Shown here: one piece after another, positions 48,745 to 59,435 of the stretch
How positions within the stretch are numbered: position 1 is the first letter of the stretch
Layout of the letters: each line of letters opens with the position of its first letter
NCBI GenBank assembly: GCA_963787835.1
Contig: CAWBEI010000002.1
Location: forward strand, 1,024,001-1,088,000
DNA length: 64,000 nucleotides
Origin: Ignavibacteriota bacterium
GTDB lineage: Bacteria > Bacteroidota > Ignavibacteria > Palsa-1295
Direction: 5' to 3'
Notes under the pieces: model-generated
Databases searched by the model: none
Seen by the model: the letters and a program-made list of their open reading frames with translations, nothing else
What the model was told of the DNA's origin: nothing
Position numbers and translations under genes: made by a program

Positions 48745-49488
48745 ATGATCTCCATAAAGAAACTGCATAAGTCCTTTGGCACGCTTCATGTATTGCGCGG
48801 CGTGTCATTCGAGATTGCCGATGGTGAAACCGTTGCTATCATTGGTCAAAGCGGTTGTGGGAAAAGCGTGTTACTAAAGAATATTATCGGGTTGTTGAAG
48901 CCGGATGTTGGCGAGATTGTCGTCGATAGTGTGAACCTTTCAAAGGCGCGTCAAACCAAAATAGAAGATCTTCGGAGAAATTTCGGATTTTTATTTCAAG
49001 GTTCCGCACTATTCGATTCGATGAATGTTTGGGAGAACATTACGCTCGGCCTTCGCGAGCACGGTGAGCGAGACCACGAAAAACTTTCAGCCATCGTGAA
49101 GCAGAAGCTCGCGTTGGTGGGATTGAAAAATATCGAGGGCGTAATGCCATCCGATCTATCTGGCGGAATGAAAAAGCGGGTTGCGCTCGCTCGGGCTCTT
49201 GCGGGCGAACCACGCTATATGTTCTATGATGAGCCTACCACCGGCCTCGACCCCGTCACCAGCGATCAGATCGATTCTCTTATTGAAGACCTTACCGCAA
49301 GACTCCATGTCACAAGCCTGATCGTGACGCACGATATGTTCACGGTGGAGCGTATCGCTAAACGGGTCATCTTTTTACATCAGGGCCTTGTCTATTTCGA
49401 TGGCACACCGGATGCGTTTGCGAAATCGAATGACCCTATTTGCGGTCAATTCCTCGATCGTTACCGTGCTTCGACCTTAGCAAGATAA
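48745..49488 (+). CDS. mlaF: MlaF-family ABC ATPase
   Basis: GQSGCGKS, FQGSALFDS, LSGGMKKR, DEPT. Confidence 0.93.
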   Translation: MISIKKLHKSFGTLHVLRGVSFEIADGETVAIIGQSGCGKSVLLKNIIGLLKPDVGEIVVDSVNLSKARQTKIEDLRRNFGFLFQGSALFDSMNVWENITLGLREHGERDHEKLSAIVKQKLALVGLKNIEGVMPSDLSGGMKKRVALARALAGEPRYMFYDEPTTGLDPVTSDQIDSLIEDLTARLHVTSLIVTHDMFTVERIAKRVIFLHQGLVYFDGTPDAFAKSNDPICGQFLDRYRASTLAR

Positions 49489-50052
49489 ATGCACGATCTC
49501 GATCTTTCGATACTCTATTTTTTCAATCGAACGATCGCGTCTGCCTCGCTCGATGATTTTTTTAAGGCCATAACCAATGTTCATTTCTGGTATCCTGTCT
49601 ATATCCTTGCCGGACTTTATTTGATCTATCGCTTTCGTGTGCGAGGGGTGTGGATGGTCGTCGCAGCGGTATTGGTGGTTGCAACCACGGATTCGTTAGG
49701 TCATTATGTCGCAAAACCGTTAGTCCACCGAGATCGGCCATGTACGATGCTTCCGAGCGGTCAGCACATCGTTCCCTGGATCCGGCTTCCTGATGGGCCG
49801 CGTGGAGACCCAAGTTTTCCATCGAATCATGCGTTGAATAATTTTGCAATTGCAACGTTCTTTTTTACCATCTGGCCGCGAAAAAAGTATATCGTTTGGC
49901 TGTTTGTTGGAGCGCTCTTGATCAGTTTGGGCCGCATCTATGAAGGGCTCCACTATCCAAGCGATGTCGTTGGCGGCGCGCTGATCGGGATGTTCGTGGG
50001 TTCTTTAGTCGGAGCGATATGGAATTACAACGAAAAGAGGATCATACATTAA
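49489..50052 (+). CDS. PAP2-family phosphatase
   Basis: K......RP, SFPSNH, GRIYEGLHYPSD. Confidence 0.92.
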   Translation: MHDLDLSILYFFNRTIASASLDDFFKAITNVHFWYPVYILAGLYLIYRFRVRGVWMVVAAVLVVATTDSLGHYVAKPLVHRDRPCTMLPSGQHIVPWIRLPDGPRGDPSFPSNHALNNFAIATFFFTIWPRKKYIVWLFVGALLISLGRIYEGLHYPSDVVGGALIGMFVGSLVGAIWNYNEKRIIH

Positions 50053-50099
50053 CAATTTGAATCTCCCAGTTGTTGGATTTACATCCTGACTTATTAAAG

Positions 50100-50957
50100 A
50101 TGCCACTCAACCCAACCTTCGAAAACGAAAAGCATGTCCTCGATAATGGCTATGTCCGTCTGCTGGATGTCATGGGCGATGATTCATCACCTGATTCTGA
50201 TGCGCGCATCTCCACTGGCGTAGCTGCCCGCAGCGATGCGCAGCAGACGACGCTTGTCAGGTTTCTGTTGCGCCATAAACATACCACGCCATTCGAGGGC
50301 AGTGTGATGAAGTTCGAGGTTCGTGCGCCCATCATGGTGATACGCGAGTGGTTTCGTCACCGAACATTTAGTTATAACGAGGAATCCGGACGGTATAAAC
50401 AGCTCGATCCGCTTTACTACACCCCTGATGCCGAGCGCGTATCTTATCAAGCAAAAAGCAATCATCAAGGCTCTGGAGAGCCCCATCCCGACGCAGTGGA
50501 ATTTGTAACGCAATGGCGTGAGGAGCAGCAGGAATTCGAGGAAGAATATAACGCGCTCATTCAAACACACAACGTAGCGCGTGAACTTGCGCGGTTGAAT
50601 ATGCCGGTTTCGCACTATTCCACGTTTGTCGTGACCGGCAATTTATTGAACTGGTTTAGATTCTTACAGCTTCGGATGGAAGCGACCGCTCAATATGAGA
50701 TCCGCGTGTATGCGAATGCTATTTTCGATCTTGCGAAGCAATATTTCCCGACGTCATTCGAAGCATTTCAGGACTACTGGCTCGAGGCCGTGACGCTTTC
50801 CGGCAAAGAGGCGAAGTTGCTTTCTACAATGATTCCTGGCTCCATTTCAGAGGAGTGTTTTACGAATGCAATGCCTGCGCCATCACCCGATTTCACGAAA
50901 CGCGAAGCAGAGGAATTCCGGCAAAAACTTCTTCGTATGGGTTTACTGGGGCAATGA
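50100..50957 (+). CDS. thyX: FAD-dependent thymidylate synthase
   Basis: HTTPFE, RHRTFSYNEESGRY, ELAR, AQYEIR. Confidence 0.95.
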   Translation: MPLNPTFENEKHVLDNGYVRLLDVMGDDSSPDSDARISTGVAARSDAQQTTLVRFLLRHKHTTPFEGSVMKFEVRAPIMVIREWFRHRTFSYNEESGRYKQLDPLYYTPDAERVSYQAKSNHQGSGEPHPDAVEFVTQWREEQQEFEEEYNALIQTHNVARELARLNMPVSHYSTFVVTGNLLNWFRFLQLRMEATAQYEIRVYANAIFDLAKQYFPTSFEAFQDYWLEAVTLSGKEAKLLSTMIPGSISEECFTNAMPAPSPDFTKREAEEFRQKLLRMGLLGQ

Positions 50958-51616
50958 TGCCATTTTTCTCCGTTATTCTTCCAACGTTTAATCGCGCGCA
51001 TCTTATTAGCGGAGCAATCGAAAGTGTTCTCGCACAAAGCTTTCGGGATTGGGAACTGCTCATTATTGACGATGGCTCCCGTGATTCTACTTTTGAGTTA
51101 ATTCGGCATTTTGCTCTGAAAGACCAGAGAATTCGCTATAACTTTGCTCACAATCGCGGGTTAGCAATGGCGAGGAACACCGGTATTCAGATGAGTCGAG
51201 GCAAATATATCACCTTTCTTGATTCCGATGATGAATATCTGCCTGACCACCTTCAATTACGAGCGGAATACTTGAAATCATATCCCGAAGTGGATTTGCT
51301 GCATGGCGGCGTTAAAGTGATAGGATCTAACATGGTTGCAGATAAGCATGACCCATCGAAGTTGATCCCGATATCGGAATGTGTTGTCGGTGGGACGTTC
51401 GTTATTCGCCGCGATCTCGTGGAAAGGTTACAGGGCTTTCGCGATGTTCCGTATGGAGATGATGCTGATTTTTTTGCGCGCGCAGAAGCAGCCGGAGCGA
51501 CCATTCATAAGAAAGATGTTCCAACCTATCGTTACAATCGCCTTGAAGCCGACTCCCTTACGGCGATCGCAGAACGAGAAGGAATAGAAGGCATTATAAA
51601 ATTCCGAGGACAATAA
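50954..51616 (+). CDS. Glycosyltransferase family 2
   Basis: SVILPTFNR, IIDDGS, FLDSDD. Confidence 0.92.
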   Translation: MMPFFSVILPTFNRAHLISGAIESVLAQSFRDWELLIIDDGSRDSTFELIRHFALKDQRIRYNFAHNRGLAMARNTGIQMSRGKYITFLDSDDEYLPDHLQLRAEYLKSYPEVDLLHGGVKVIGSNMVADKHDPSKLIPISECVVGGTFVIRRDLVERLQGFRDVPYGDDADFFARAEAAGATIHKKDVPTYRYNRLEADSLTAIAEREGIEGIIKFRGQ

Positions 51617-52345
51617 ATGGCTAAAAAAGAGATCGAAAAAGAAAGCACGATACGCGATGGTGCTGTCGAGCCGCGCGAGCTGCCCAAAGGAGAATCGCTC
51701 GAAGCCCGAAAAGAACGCTTCCAAAAAATATTTTCGAAGTTACATAAAGCATATCCTGACGCGAAATGTGCGCTCGAATTCAACAATGCCTACGAGCTGC
51801 TTGCGGCGACGATCCTTTCAGCACAATGCACCGATAAGCGCGTGAATATGGTCATGCCTGAATTTCGCAAGGCGTTTCCAAATACAAAAACGCTCGCAAA
51901 TGCTGAACTTGCCGACATTGAGGACGTGATTAAAACAACGGGATTTTATCATCAAAAGGCAAAATCGCTGAAATCGATGGCGAGCGATATTGTCGAGAAG
52001 TTCGATGGCAAGGTTCCCGAAACCATGGAAGAACTCACGACGCTACGTGGCGTTGGACGCAAGACCGCTAATGTTGTGCTTGGCGATGCTTTTGGCAAAT
52101 CCGAAGGAATAGCAGTCGATACCCATGTTACGAGGCTTTCGGGAAGATTAGGACTGACCAAACAGTCCGATCCTCAAAAAATCGAGCAAGATCTGATGCA
52201 ACTTGCGAAGCCCTCGCAATGGACACTCACGGCCCATGTCATCATTCTTCATGGCCGTGCCATTTGCGATGCACGCAAACCGAAATGTTCTGAGTGTGTA
52301 GTCGCAGTATATTGTCCTTCGGCGGGAATGAAAGGGAGCGTGTAA
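51617..52345 (+). CDS. nth: Endonuclease III
   Basis: LSAQCTD, GVGRKTA, VDTH, C-x6-C-x2-C-x5-C. Confidence 0.95.
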   Translation: MAKKEIEKESTIRDGAVEPRELPKGESLEARKERFQKIFSKLHKAYPDAKCALEFNNAYELLAATILSAQCTDKRVNMVMPEFRKAFPNTKTLANAELADIEDVIKTTGFYHQKAKSLKSMASDIVEKFDGKVPETMEELTTLRGVGRKTANVVLGDAFGKSEGIAVDTHVTRLSGRLGLTKQSDPQKIEQDLMQLAKPSQWTLTAHVIILHGRAICDARKPKCSECVVAVYCPSAGMKGSV

Positions 52346-53053
52346 TTGGGGTTGCGCGCCGTTCTTTTCGATCTCGATGACACGCTGTTCGATCATCGTC
52401 ACAGTTCCCGAACCGCACTATCGGTATTGCAACAAGAATTTCCCAGCCAACTTGCTACCGTACCCCTCGATGAGCTTGAGACAGCAAATCTTGAGATTCT
52501 GAACACCATACATCTGGAAGTGCTTGCCGGTACACTCACTCCCGACCAGGCCCGTGTGAAACGGTTTGGAAAACTCCTCCGAACATACGGCGTTGATCCG
52601 ACAGAACAGCAGTTGGAAAAGGTTGCCATAGAATATCGTTCGAGTTATCAAGTATCACGAAGAGCTACTCCGGGAGCGAGAGAATTGTTGATTGGGCTTC
52701 GTGATCGGGGATTCAAAACGGGCATTGTTACCAATAATTTGGTGGAGGAACAGATGGATAAGCTTCGACATTGCCAGTTGTTTGATCTGCTCGATAGTAT
52801 TACCATCTCCGAGGAAGCTGGATTTGCAAAACCGGATGTTCGTATTTTCAATATGGCGCTTCAACGTTTGGAATGTAAACCCGAGGAAACAATTATTATT
52901 GGTGACTCCTGGGAGAATGATATTCTGGGAGCACGAGCCGCCGGCATTCGAGGGATATGGTATAATTGCTATTTGACCAAAGCGCCTGATGACAGTGTTC
53001 CAGAGATCGGATCTCTTGAGGATTTCGAAAGCGTGCTTCGATTGTTACTATAA
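52346..53053 (+). CDS. HAD-family hydrolase
   Basis: FDLDDTL, VTN, KPD, GDSWEND. Confidence 0.92.
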   Translation: MGLRAVLFDLDDTLFDHRHSSRTALSVLQQEFPSQLATVPLDELETANLEILNTIHLEVLAGTLTPDQARVKRFGKLLRTYGVDPTEQQLEKVAIEYRSSYQVSRRATPGARELLIGLRDRGFKTGIVTNNLVEEQMDKLRHCQLFDLLDSITISEEAGFAKPDVRIFNMALQRLECKPEETIIIGDSWENDILGARAAGIRGIWYNCYLTKAPDDSVPEIGSLEDFESVLRLLL

Positions 53054-53058
53054 ATCTG

Positions 53059-53493
53059 ATGGCAAAGCCAAAGAAGAAAAAGTCTTCTAAGAATACACCG
53101 AGTCTGGCGGGTTATTCCAAGCGCCCACTCGTGGAGAAACTCGGGATCACCGTTACTGCTACGAAGGCGATCATTGAAGCTCCCGAAGGATTTGAAGCGC
53201 TTATCGGTGGCGCATCATTCGATACCGAGCTTAGCCTTGATTCTTACGATTATCTTCATTTCTTCACTGGAAGTACGCTAGCGCTCGAATCGATCTTTCC
53301 CATTCTTGCGAAACGCCTCAGTCGCGGTGGAATACTCTGGATCTCCTGGCCGAAAAAAGCATCCGGATTGCAAACGGATCTCGGCGAGAATGCCGTGCGC
53401 ATGCTTGGGCTGGCGACAGGTCTTGTGGACGTCAAAGTATGTGCGATCGACGAAGTATGGAGCGGACTAAAATTTATGCATCGTCGTGCATAA
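53059..53493 (+). CDS. DUF3052-like protein
   Basis: GYS..PL..KLG, WISWPKK, GLVDVKVC......WSG. Confidence 0.8.
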   Translation: MAKPKKKKSSKNTPSLAGYSKRPLVEKLGITVTATKAIIEAPEGFEALIGGASFDTELSLDSYDYLHFFTGSTLALESIFPILAKRLSRGGILWISWPKKASGLQTDLGENAVRMLGLATGLVDVKVCAIDEVWSGLKFMHRRA

Positions 53494-53571
53494 ACGGGAT
53501 GATGAACAAATCGCGGAAACCGAAATGCCCTGTTAGCGTTATTTCATTATATTGCCACGGAGAAGTTTGTA

Positions 53572-54009
53572 ATGCCACCAAGAAAAAAAGATTCTGACGA
53601 GTCGGCGGAATCGCTCGCGAAAAAGCTCGGTGTCAAGCCAGATGGGATGTCCATTGCGCTTCTGTGGCCTCCCGAAGGATTTGCAGAACGTTTAGGCCTC
53701 GAGAGCGGAAGTTACGATACCGATCTCGTCATGGGCAAATACGATCTCATTCTTTTTTTCACAGCGAGCCGCGTGTTACTGCGGGAATTTTTCCCTCTTG
53801 CGGTAACCTCTTTGGAACCGAAAGGCAGGATCTGGATCTGTTATCCACGAACATCGGAAGGTCAAAGAACGGATCTTGAGTTAGATTCGGTGCGAACGCT
53901 TGCCGAATCGCTGGATCTGATAGAGGTCAGCCGAGGCCGAGTTGAAGAAGCGTGGAATGGCATTAAATTTAAAAGGGCGTTGTCGCGGCTCTTCGAAATG
54001 CTGCCGTAG
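53572..54009 (+). CDS. DUF3052-like protein (divergent paralogue)
   Basis: LAKKLG, WICYPR, TDL, WNGIKF. Confidence 0.7.
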   Translation: MPPRKKDSDESAESLAKKLGVKPDGMSIALLWPPEGFAERLGLESGSYDTDLVMGKYDLILFFTASRVLLREFFPLAVTSLEPKGRIWICYPRTSEGQRTDLELDSVRTLAESLDLIEVSRGRVEEAWNGIKFKRALSRLFEMLP

Positions 54010-54134
54010 CCGGGTCGATCGCTCCCTATTCCATCAGTATCACATCTTCGATCCCGATCACCCCGGATAAAGTTGCTACGGCGTGACTTTTCTCATTATC
54101 TTGCGTTCTCATTGTATATTAGAATCTTCCAACT

Positions 54135-55697
54135 ATGAAATCACTTTTGATATGTTGTTGCGTCCTGTTATTTTCAGAAATTAGTTCTGCCCAAACCCTT
54201 GGATCGTGCCGAATTTTTCCCGCGAATAATCCATGGAATGTCAGGGTAGATACATCATGTGTTGATTCAGTTCACTCGGCAGCTTACATTGCTTCCGTTG
54301 GGGGATCGATCAATGTGCACCCCGATTTTGGGAGCGATACTAATTATGGCATTCCGTGGATTGCAGTCAATGGATCGCAACCATTTGTGGCGATCAATAC
54401 CAGCAATGGTTACCAGGACCAAAGCGATCCTGGCCCGATGCCGATCCCACCGAACGCGCCGATCGAGCATGATGGAGATTCCCACGTACTTGTCGTCGAT
54501 ACCGGCAACCATCATCTTTATGAGCTTTATCAGGGCGTCAAAGATAAGAATGAGAATGGCTGGGCTGCTACCTCCTCAGCCATTTTCGCACTTGACTCGA
54601 ATAATTACCGTCCGGATAGCTGGACTTCTTGCGACGCAGCGGGTCTTCCCATCTTTCCCGGCCTCGTGAGATTAGATGAATGTAAGGCGGGAGCAATTAA
54701 TCATGCATTACGATTTACGGTACCACATACGCAGAAAGCTTGGATCTTTCCGGCAAGACACGAAGCCGGTTCAACGACCGATACAACGTATATGCCAATG
54801 GGCCTCCGTATGCGACTCAAAGCAAGTTTTGACGATTCCCAGGATACCGGCTATGCCAAAGTAATAATTACGGCACTGAAAAAATATGGAATAATTCTCG
54901 CTGATAATGGCTCGGCGTGGTATATCTCCGGCGAAACGAATCCTAACTGGCCGGATGACGATATTAGTCAACTAAAGAAGATCTCCGGCAGCGATTTCGA
55001 AGCAGTCTATACGTACCCCGTTGCTACGGATTCGGGCGAGTATCCTACGCCTGATATTCCAATTCCAAGTGGTGGCAGTGGATCGACCGGCATACTGCAT
55101 ATCACATCCAACCTATTCAACTTTGGAACAGTGCAACTCGGCCAGGCCGATACATTGACAATATCACTTACCAATACCGGGAACGCGCCACTTATCGTTG
55201 CATCACTTTTAACCGCTGGTTCGAGCTATTTTTCAATTCTGGCAATTCAACCATCGTTCCTATTCTTTCCGGATTCGCTCCAGCCAGGTGATTCCATCGA
55301 TGTTACGATACAGTTTGCCCCTAAAAGGTATATCGGGAATGACACAGCGATGTTAAACCTTATAATCTCAGATTCCGAAGAAAGCTTGCAGGACACGACC
55401 ATCCTTTTAATTGGCGTGGGTAATATAGAATCTTCTGTGGCTCCGAATTCTTTTCAATCATCCGATCTCTCAGTTTTCCCAAATCCAACATCTGGTTTAG
55501 TGACGGTTTCCGGGAATGGAGCAGTTGGGCCAGTCCACATCGAAATTACAGATGCTATCGGGCGCATTGTACTCAACCAGACCATCCAAGCCGAGAGCGG
55601 AACGCTTGATCTGAGCGGACTTTCAAATGGATGTTATTTTCTCCATGCCCAAAATTCGCAAGATAACGAGAGTAAGATTATCGAAGTGTTGCGTTAA
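54135..55697 (+). CDS. Secreted protein with Ig-like (ASH) domain and T9SS type A sorting domain
   Basis: Signal peptide; FPANNPWN, AINHALRF, ADNGS; NFGTV...LTNTG; VFPNP...G.Y...KI. Confidence 0.85.
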   Translation: MKSLLICCCVLLFSEISSAQTLGSCRIFPANNPWNVRVDTSCVDSVHSAAYIASVGGSINVHPDFGSDTNYGIPWIAVNGSQPFVAINTSNGYQDQSDPGPMPIPPNAPIEHDGDSHVLVVDTGNHHLYELYQGVKDKNENGWAATSSAIFALDSNNYRPDSWTSCDAAGLPIFPGLVRLDECKAGAINHALRFTVPHTQKAWIFPARHEAGSTTDTTYMPMGLRMRLKASFDDSQDTGYAKVIITALKKYGIILADNGSAWYISGETNPNWPDDDISQLKKISGSDFEAVYTYPVATDSGEYPTPDIPIPSGGSGSTGILHITSNLFNFGTVQLGQADTLTISLTNTGNAPLIVASLLTAGSSYFSILAIQPSFLFFPDSLQPGDSIDVTIQFAPKRYIGNDTAMLNLIISDSEESLQDTTILLIGVGNIESSVAPNSFQSSDLSVFPNPTSGLVTVSGNGAVGPVHIEITDAIGRIVLNQTIQAESGTLDLSGLSNGCYFLHAQNSQDNESKIIEVLR

Positions 55698-55784
55698 GAT
55701 TCTCTCTCGTTTAGGACGTATTTTTGTACGAATCCAATCGGATTACCCACCGTATAAGCCGCGTGGGCGGTCTTCCACTTTTAA

Positions 55785-56804
<1,020 letters not shown>

Positions 56805-56807
56805 TTA

Positions 56808-56945
56808 ACATGTCATCCTGAGCGAAGCAAGACGTAGCGACAGCGGAGTCTTGCGCAGTCGAAGGATCTTTGGTTAATTGTCTGAGATCCTTCGACTCCG
56901 TTCTTCCTCCCTTTGGTCGGAAGAACTTCGCTCAGGATGACATGT
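56808..56945. repeat. Branched palindromic element (REP/RPE/MITE-like)
   Basis: 20-bp outer inverted repeat acatgtcatcctgagcgaag; 13-bp inner inverted repeat agtcgaaggatct; two side hairpins. Confidence 0.88.
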
Positions 56946-56947
56946 AA

Positions 56948-57826
56948 TTAAGCACGACGGAGCCTTGGGTAATAAAACCCAAGCATCCATCCTCCCACGG
57001 CGATCATGGCGATCGAGATCCACTGCGCCATTGAGAGTCCCCAGTAGAGTGGATTGATGCGAATGAATTCGATGAGCAATCGTTCCACTCCCATGACCAC
57101 GAGTGTGATCGAAAACACTTTACCAAGTTCACCATCGAATTTCTTGCGGTTTGACCAAATAAAGTAAAATGCAATAATGCAAAACAGCGTTTCGTACACA
57201 GGTGCGGGATGAACGGTAACAACTTCATCGAATCGCGAAATGCGTTCACCCATTTGATCGTGTCCAACGGTAATGGAAGCAAGCGAATCATAATGCAACT
57301 GCGCCCGCTCTAATGGGTGCGTTTTGAAATAGTCGATGAGCGTGTAGGTCGGTTTTGCAGTTCCTTGTGGATAGGACATGGCCCAGGGCAGCGAGGATGG
57401 AATTCCGTAATCGCCATCGCCGGCAAGCTGGCAGCCAATACGGCCAATGCCATACGCAAGCAGCACCACGGGCGCGATCATATCGGCAAACATCAAAAAT
57501 TTTAATCCTTTACTTTTGACGTAGAAATAGATCCATATCGTAGCGACGATAAATCCGCCATAAAATGTGAGACCAGCCGGAGAAAAAAGCTGACCTCTTG
57601 GATCGTGTATAAAATCAGACCAGTTTTCAAGAATCGAAAATAGCTTGCTTCCCGCGACCCCTCCGATAAGGCAGATGATGGTTATTTGTCCGGCTATTCG
57701 TTCGTCGAGGCCGCGTCGCTTCAGTTCGACCGTGAAAAAATAGCCTGCAACAAGAAATGCCGTGGCCATCATGAGGCCAAAGCTATAGAGCGTGATGGGG
57801 CCGATGTGAAATAGAACTGGGTGCAT
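56948..57826 (-). CDS. lgt: Prolipoprotein diacylglyceryl transferase
   Basis: MHPVLF, GLTFYGG, GRIGC, HPAPVYE, EFIR; ATG at 57826. Confidence 0.93.
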   Translation of the reverse strand: MHPVLFHIGPITLYSFGLMMATAFLVAGYFFTVELKRRGLDERIAGQITIICLIGGVAGSKLFSILENWSDFIHDPRGQLFSPAGLTFYGGFIVATIWIYFYVKSKGLKFLMFADMIAPVVLLAYGIGRIGCQLAGDGDYGIPSSLPWAMSYPQGTAKPTYTLIDYFKTHPLERAQLHYDSLASITVGHDQMGERISRFDEVVTVHPAPVYETLFCIIAFYFIWSNRKKFDGELGKVFSITLVVMGVERLLIEFIRINPLYWGLSMAQWISIAMIAVGGWMLGFYYPRLRRA

Positions 57827-57829
57827 AAC

Positions 57830-57897
57830 TGAATGATGAATTAAGAATGATGAATGATGAAGGGGAACGTTGCGTTCCTCAGCATTCATTATTCATC
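57830..57897. repeat. Inverted tandem-heptamer element (GATGAAT)n
   Basis: gaat gatgaat taagaat gatgaat gatgaa ... ggaacg/cgttcc ... attcatt attcatc. Confidence 0.75.
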
Positions 57898-57928
57898 CAG
57901 GAATCCATTATAGAAGTCGGAATTGCCT

Positions 57929-58681
57929 ATGAAACTTGGAATAATTGGTTCGATGCCTCAAGAGATTGACCTCATCGCAGAGGAGCTCGAAACGGAAAAA
58001 ATCATAGAAGTCGGAGGACGGTCTTATCACGTCGGACGATTCGAAGGAATCGATTGCGTGCTCGTCTTTTCGCATTGGGGTAAGGTTGCTGCGGGGATAA
58101 CGGCGACAACGCTGATCGAACATTTTGGAGTCGGTCTCATCATTTTTACTGGCGTAGCCGGAGCGGTATCGCCCATGCTGAATGTGGGCGATGTTGTGAT
58201 TGCCGACAGGCTTATTCAACATGATTTCGACGTGAGTGCTGCGGGAATTCTTTCGAAATATGAAATCCCGTTTTTGGGGATAAGTTATTTCCCAGTGGAT
58301 GAAGGACTTGTTGAACTTGCGAAAAAATCTGCTGAAGAATATCTCAGTGTAGCGCAAACTGAAGTTTGCGCTACAAGGGGGAGTGCGTTCGTCGGTATTA
58401 TCGCAAGCGGCGATCAGTTCATCGCCGATCCTCACAAGATCGCGGAGTTGCGGAGTGCGATTCCCGATCTTCTTTGCATTGAGATGGAAGGAGCTGCCGT
58501 TGCGCAGGTGTGCCTTGAATATCGCACACCATATATCGTCATTCGCACGATCTCCGATAAAGCCGATCATTCCGCCCCGATGGATTTCCTGACGTTCATT
58601 CGGAATGTGGCGCGGCATTATTCGCATGGGATTCTTCTGAGACTTGTGCCAATGTTACCATCTTTAAGAGAACCGGGATGA
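57929..58681 (+). CDS. mtnN: 5'-methylthioadenosine/S-adenosylhomocysteine nucleosidase
   Basis: GKVAA, FTGVAG, SGDQF, EMEGAA, RTISD. Confidence 0.93.
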   Translation: MKLGIIGSMPQEIDLIAEELETEKIIEVGGRSYHVGRFEGIDCVLVFSHWGKVAAGITATTLIEHFGVGLIIFTGVAGAVSPMLNVGDVVIADRLIQHDFDVSAAGILSKYEIPFLGISYFPVDEGLVELAKKSAEEYLSVAQTEVCATRGSAFVGIIASGDQFIADPHKIAELRSAIPDLLCIEMEGAAVAQVCLEYRTPYIVIRTISDKADHSAPMDFLTFIRNVARHYSHGILLRLVPMLPSLREPG

Positions 58682-58740
58682 AATTCCTTTAGTCCTTTCT
58701 GATGTTATCATCCGTCACATTTTTCTTGAAACGATCTATT

Positions 58741-59235
58741 ATGATGAAAATAGCTTTTTCGGCTCTGGTTCTTATATCTGCTGCTTCGCTCATTCTGTCC
58801 ATTAGTGCCGCCACTCCTTCAGGGATAACTCATTCGGTCATACCCAAGAAAGCGATGAAAGCTGATACCACCATCGATTGGGATAAAATGTCGAAAGTGG
58901 AGCGAAAGCAATACATGAAGGATGTCATAATGCCGAAGATGAAGCCTCTTTTTCAAACCTTCGATCCGAAGCATTTTGCGGATTTCAAATGTGTGACATG
59001 CCACGGGAATGGCGCTCGCACCGGTGAATTCAAGATGCCCAATCCACAGCTTCCGAAACTGCCCGCTACTCGGGAGGGATGGGATTCACTTAATACGAGT
59101 AAGGCCAAGACGATGGAATTCATGTCCAAGACAATAAAGCCGACTATGGCTGACCTGCTCGGCATGAAACCCTACGATATGAAGACTAATACGGGCTTTG
59201 GCTGTGGGAATTGCCATACTTCGGAGGCTAAATAG
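58741..59235 (+). CDS. Small exported dihaem c-type cytochrome
   Basis: Signal peptide; CVTCH and CGNCH. Confidence 0.75.
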   Translation: MMKIAFSALVLISAASLILSISAATPSGITHSVIPKKAMKADTTIDWDKMSKVERKQYMKDVIMPKMKPLFQTFDPKHFADFKCVTCHGNGARTGEFKMPNPQLPKLPATREGWDSLNTSKAKTMEFMSKTIKPTMADLLGMKPYDMKTNTGFGCGNCHTSEAK

Positions 59236-59435
59236 ATAACTTTTTCGATCGGGTCTAATATGCGATGTCCTTGGAGCTGAGCATAACTCGTTGCGGCCTA
59301 TTTCACAATCTTGTTTTAAGGCTACAATATAAGGACTTGCAATACGTCTTGTGGCCAGCATCGGTCGAATCCGCATCGCCCACGATGCTTTATCGCCCAC
59401 GATGCTTTCGTCGAAACTTGTGATGCCTGTAACGA

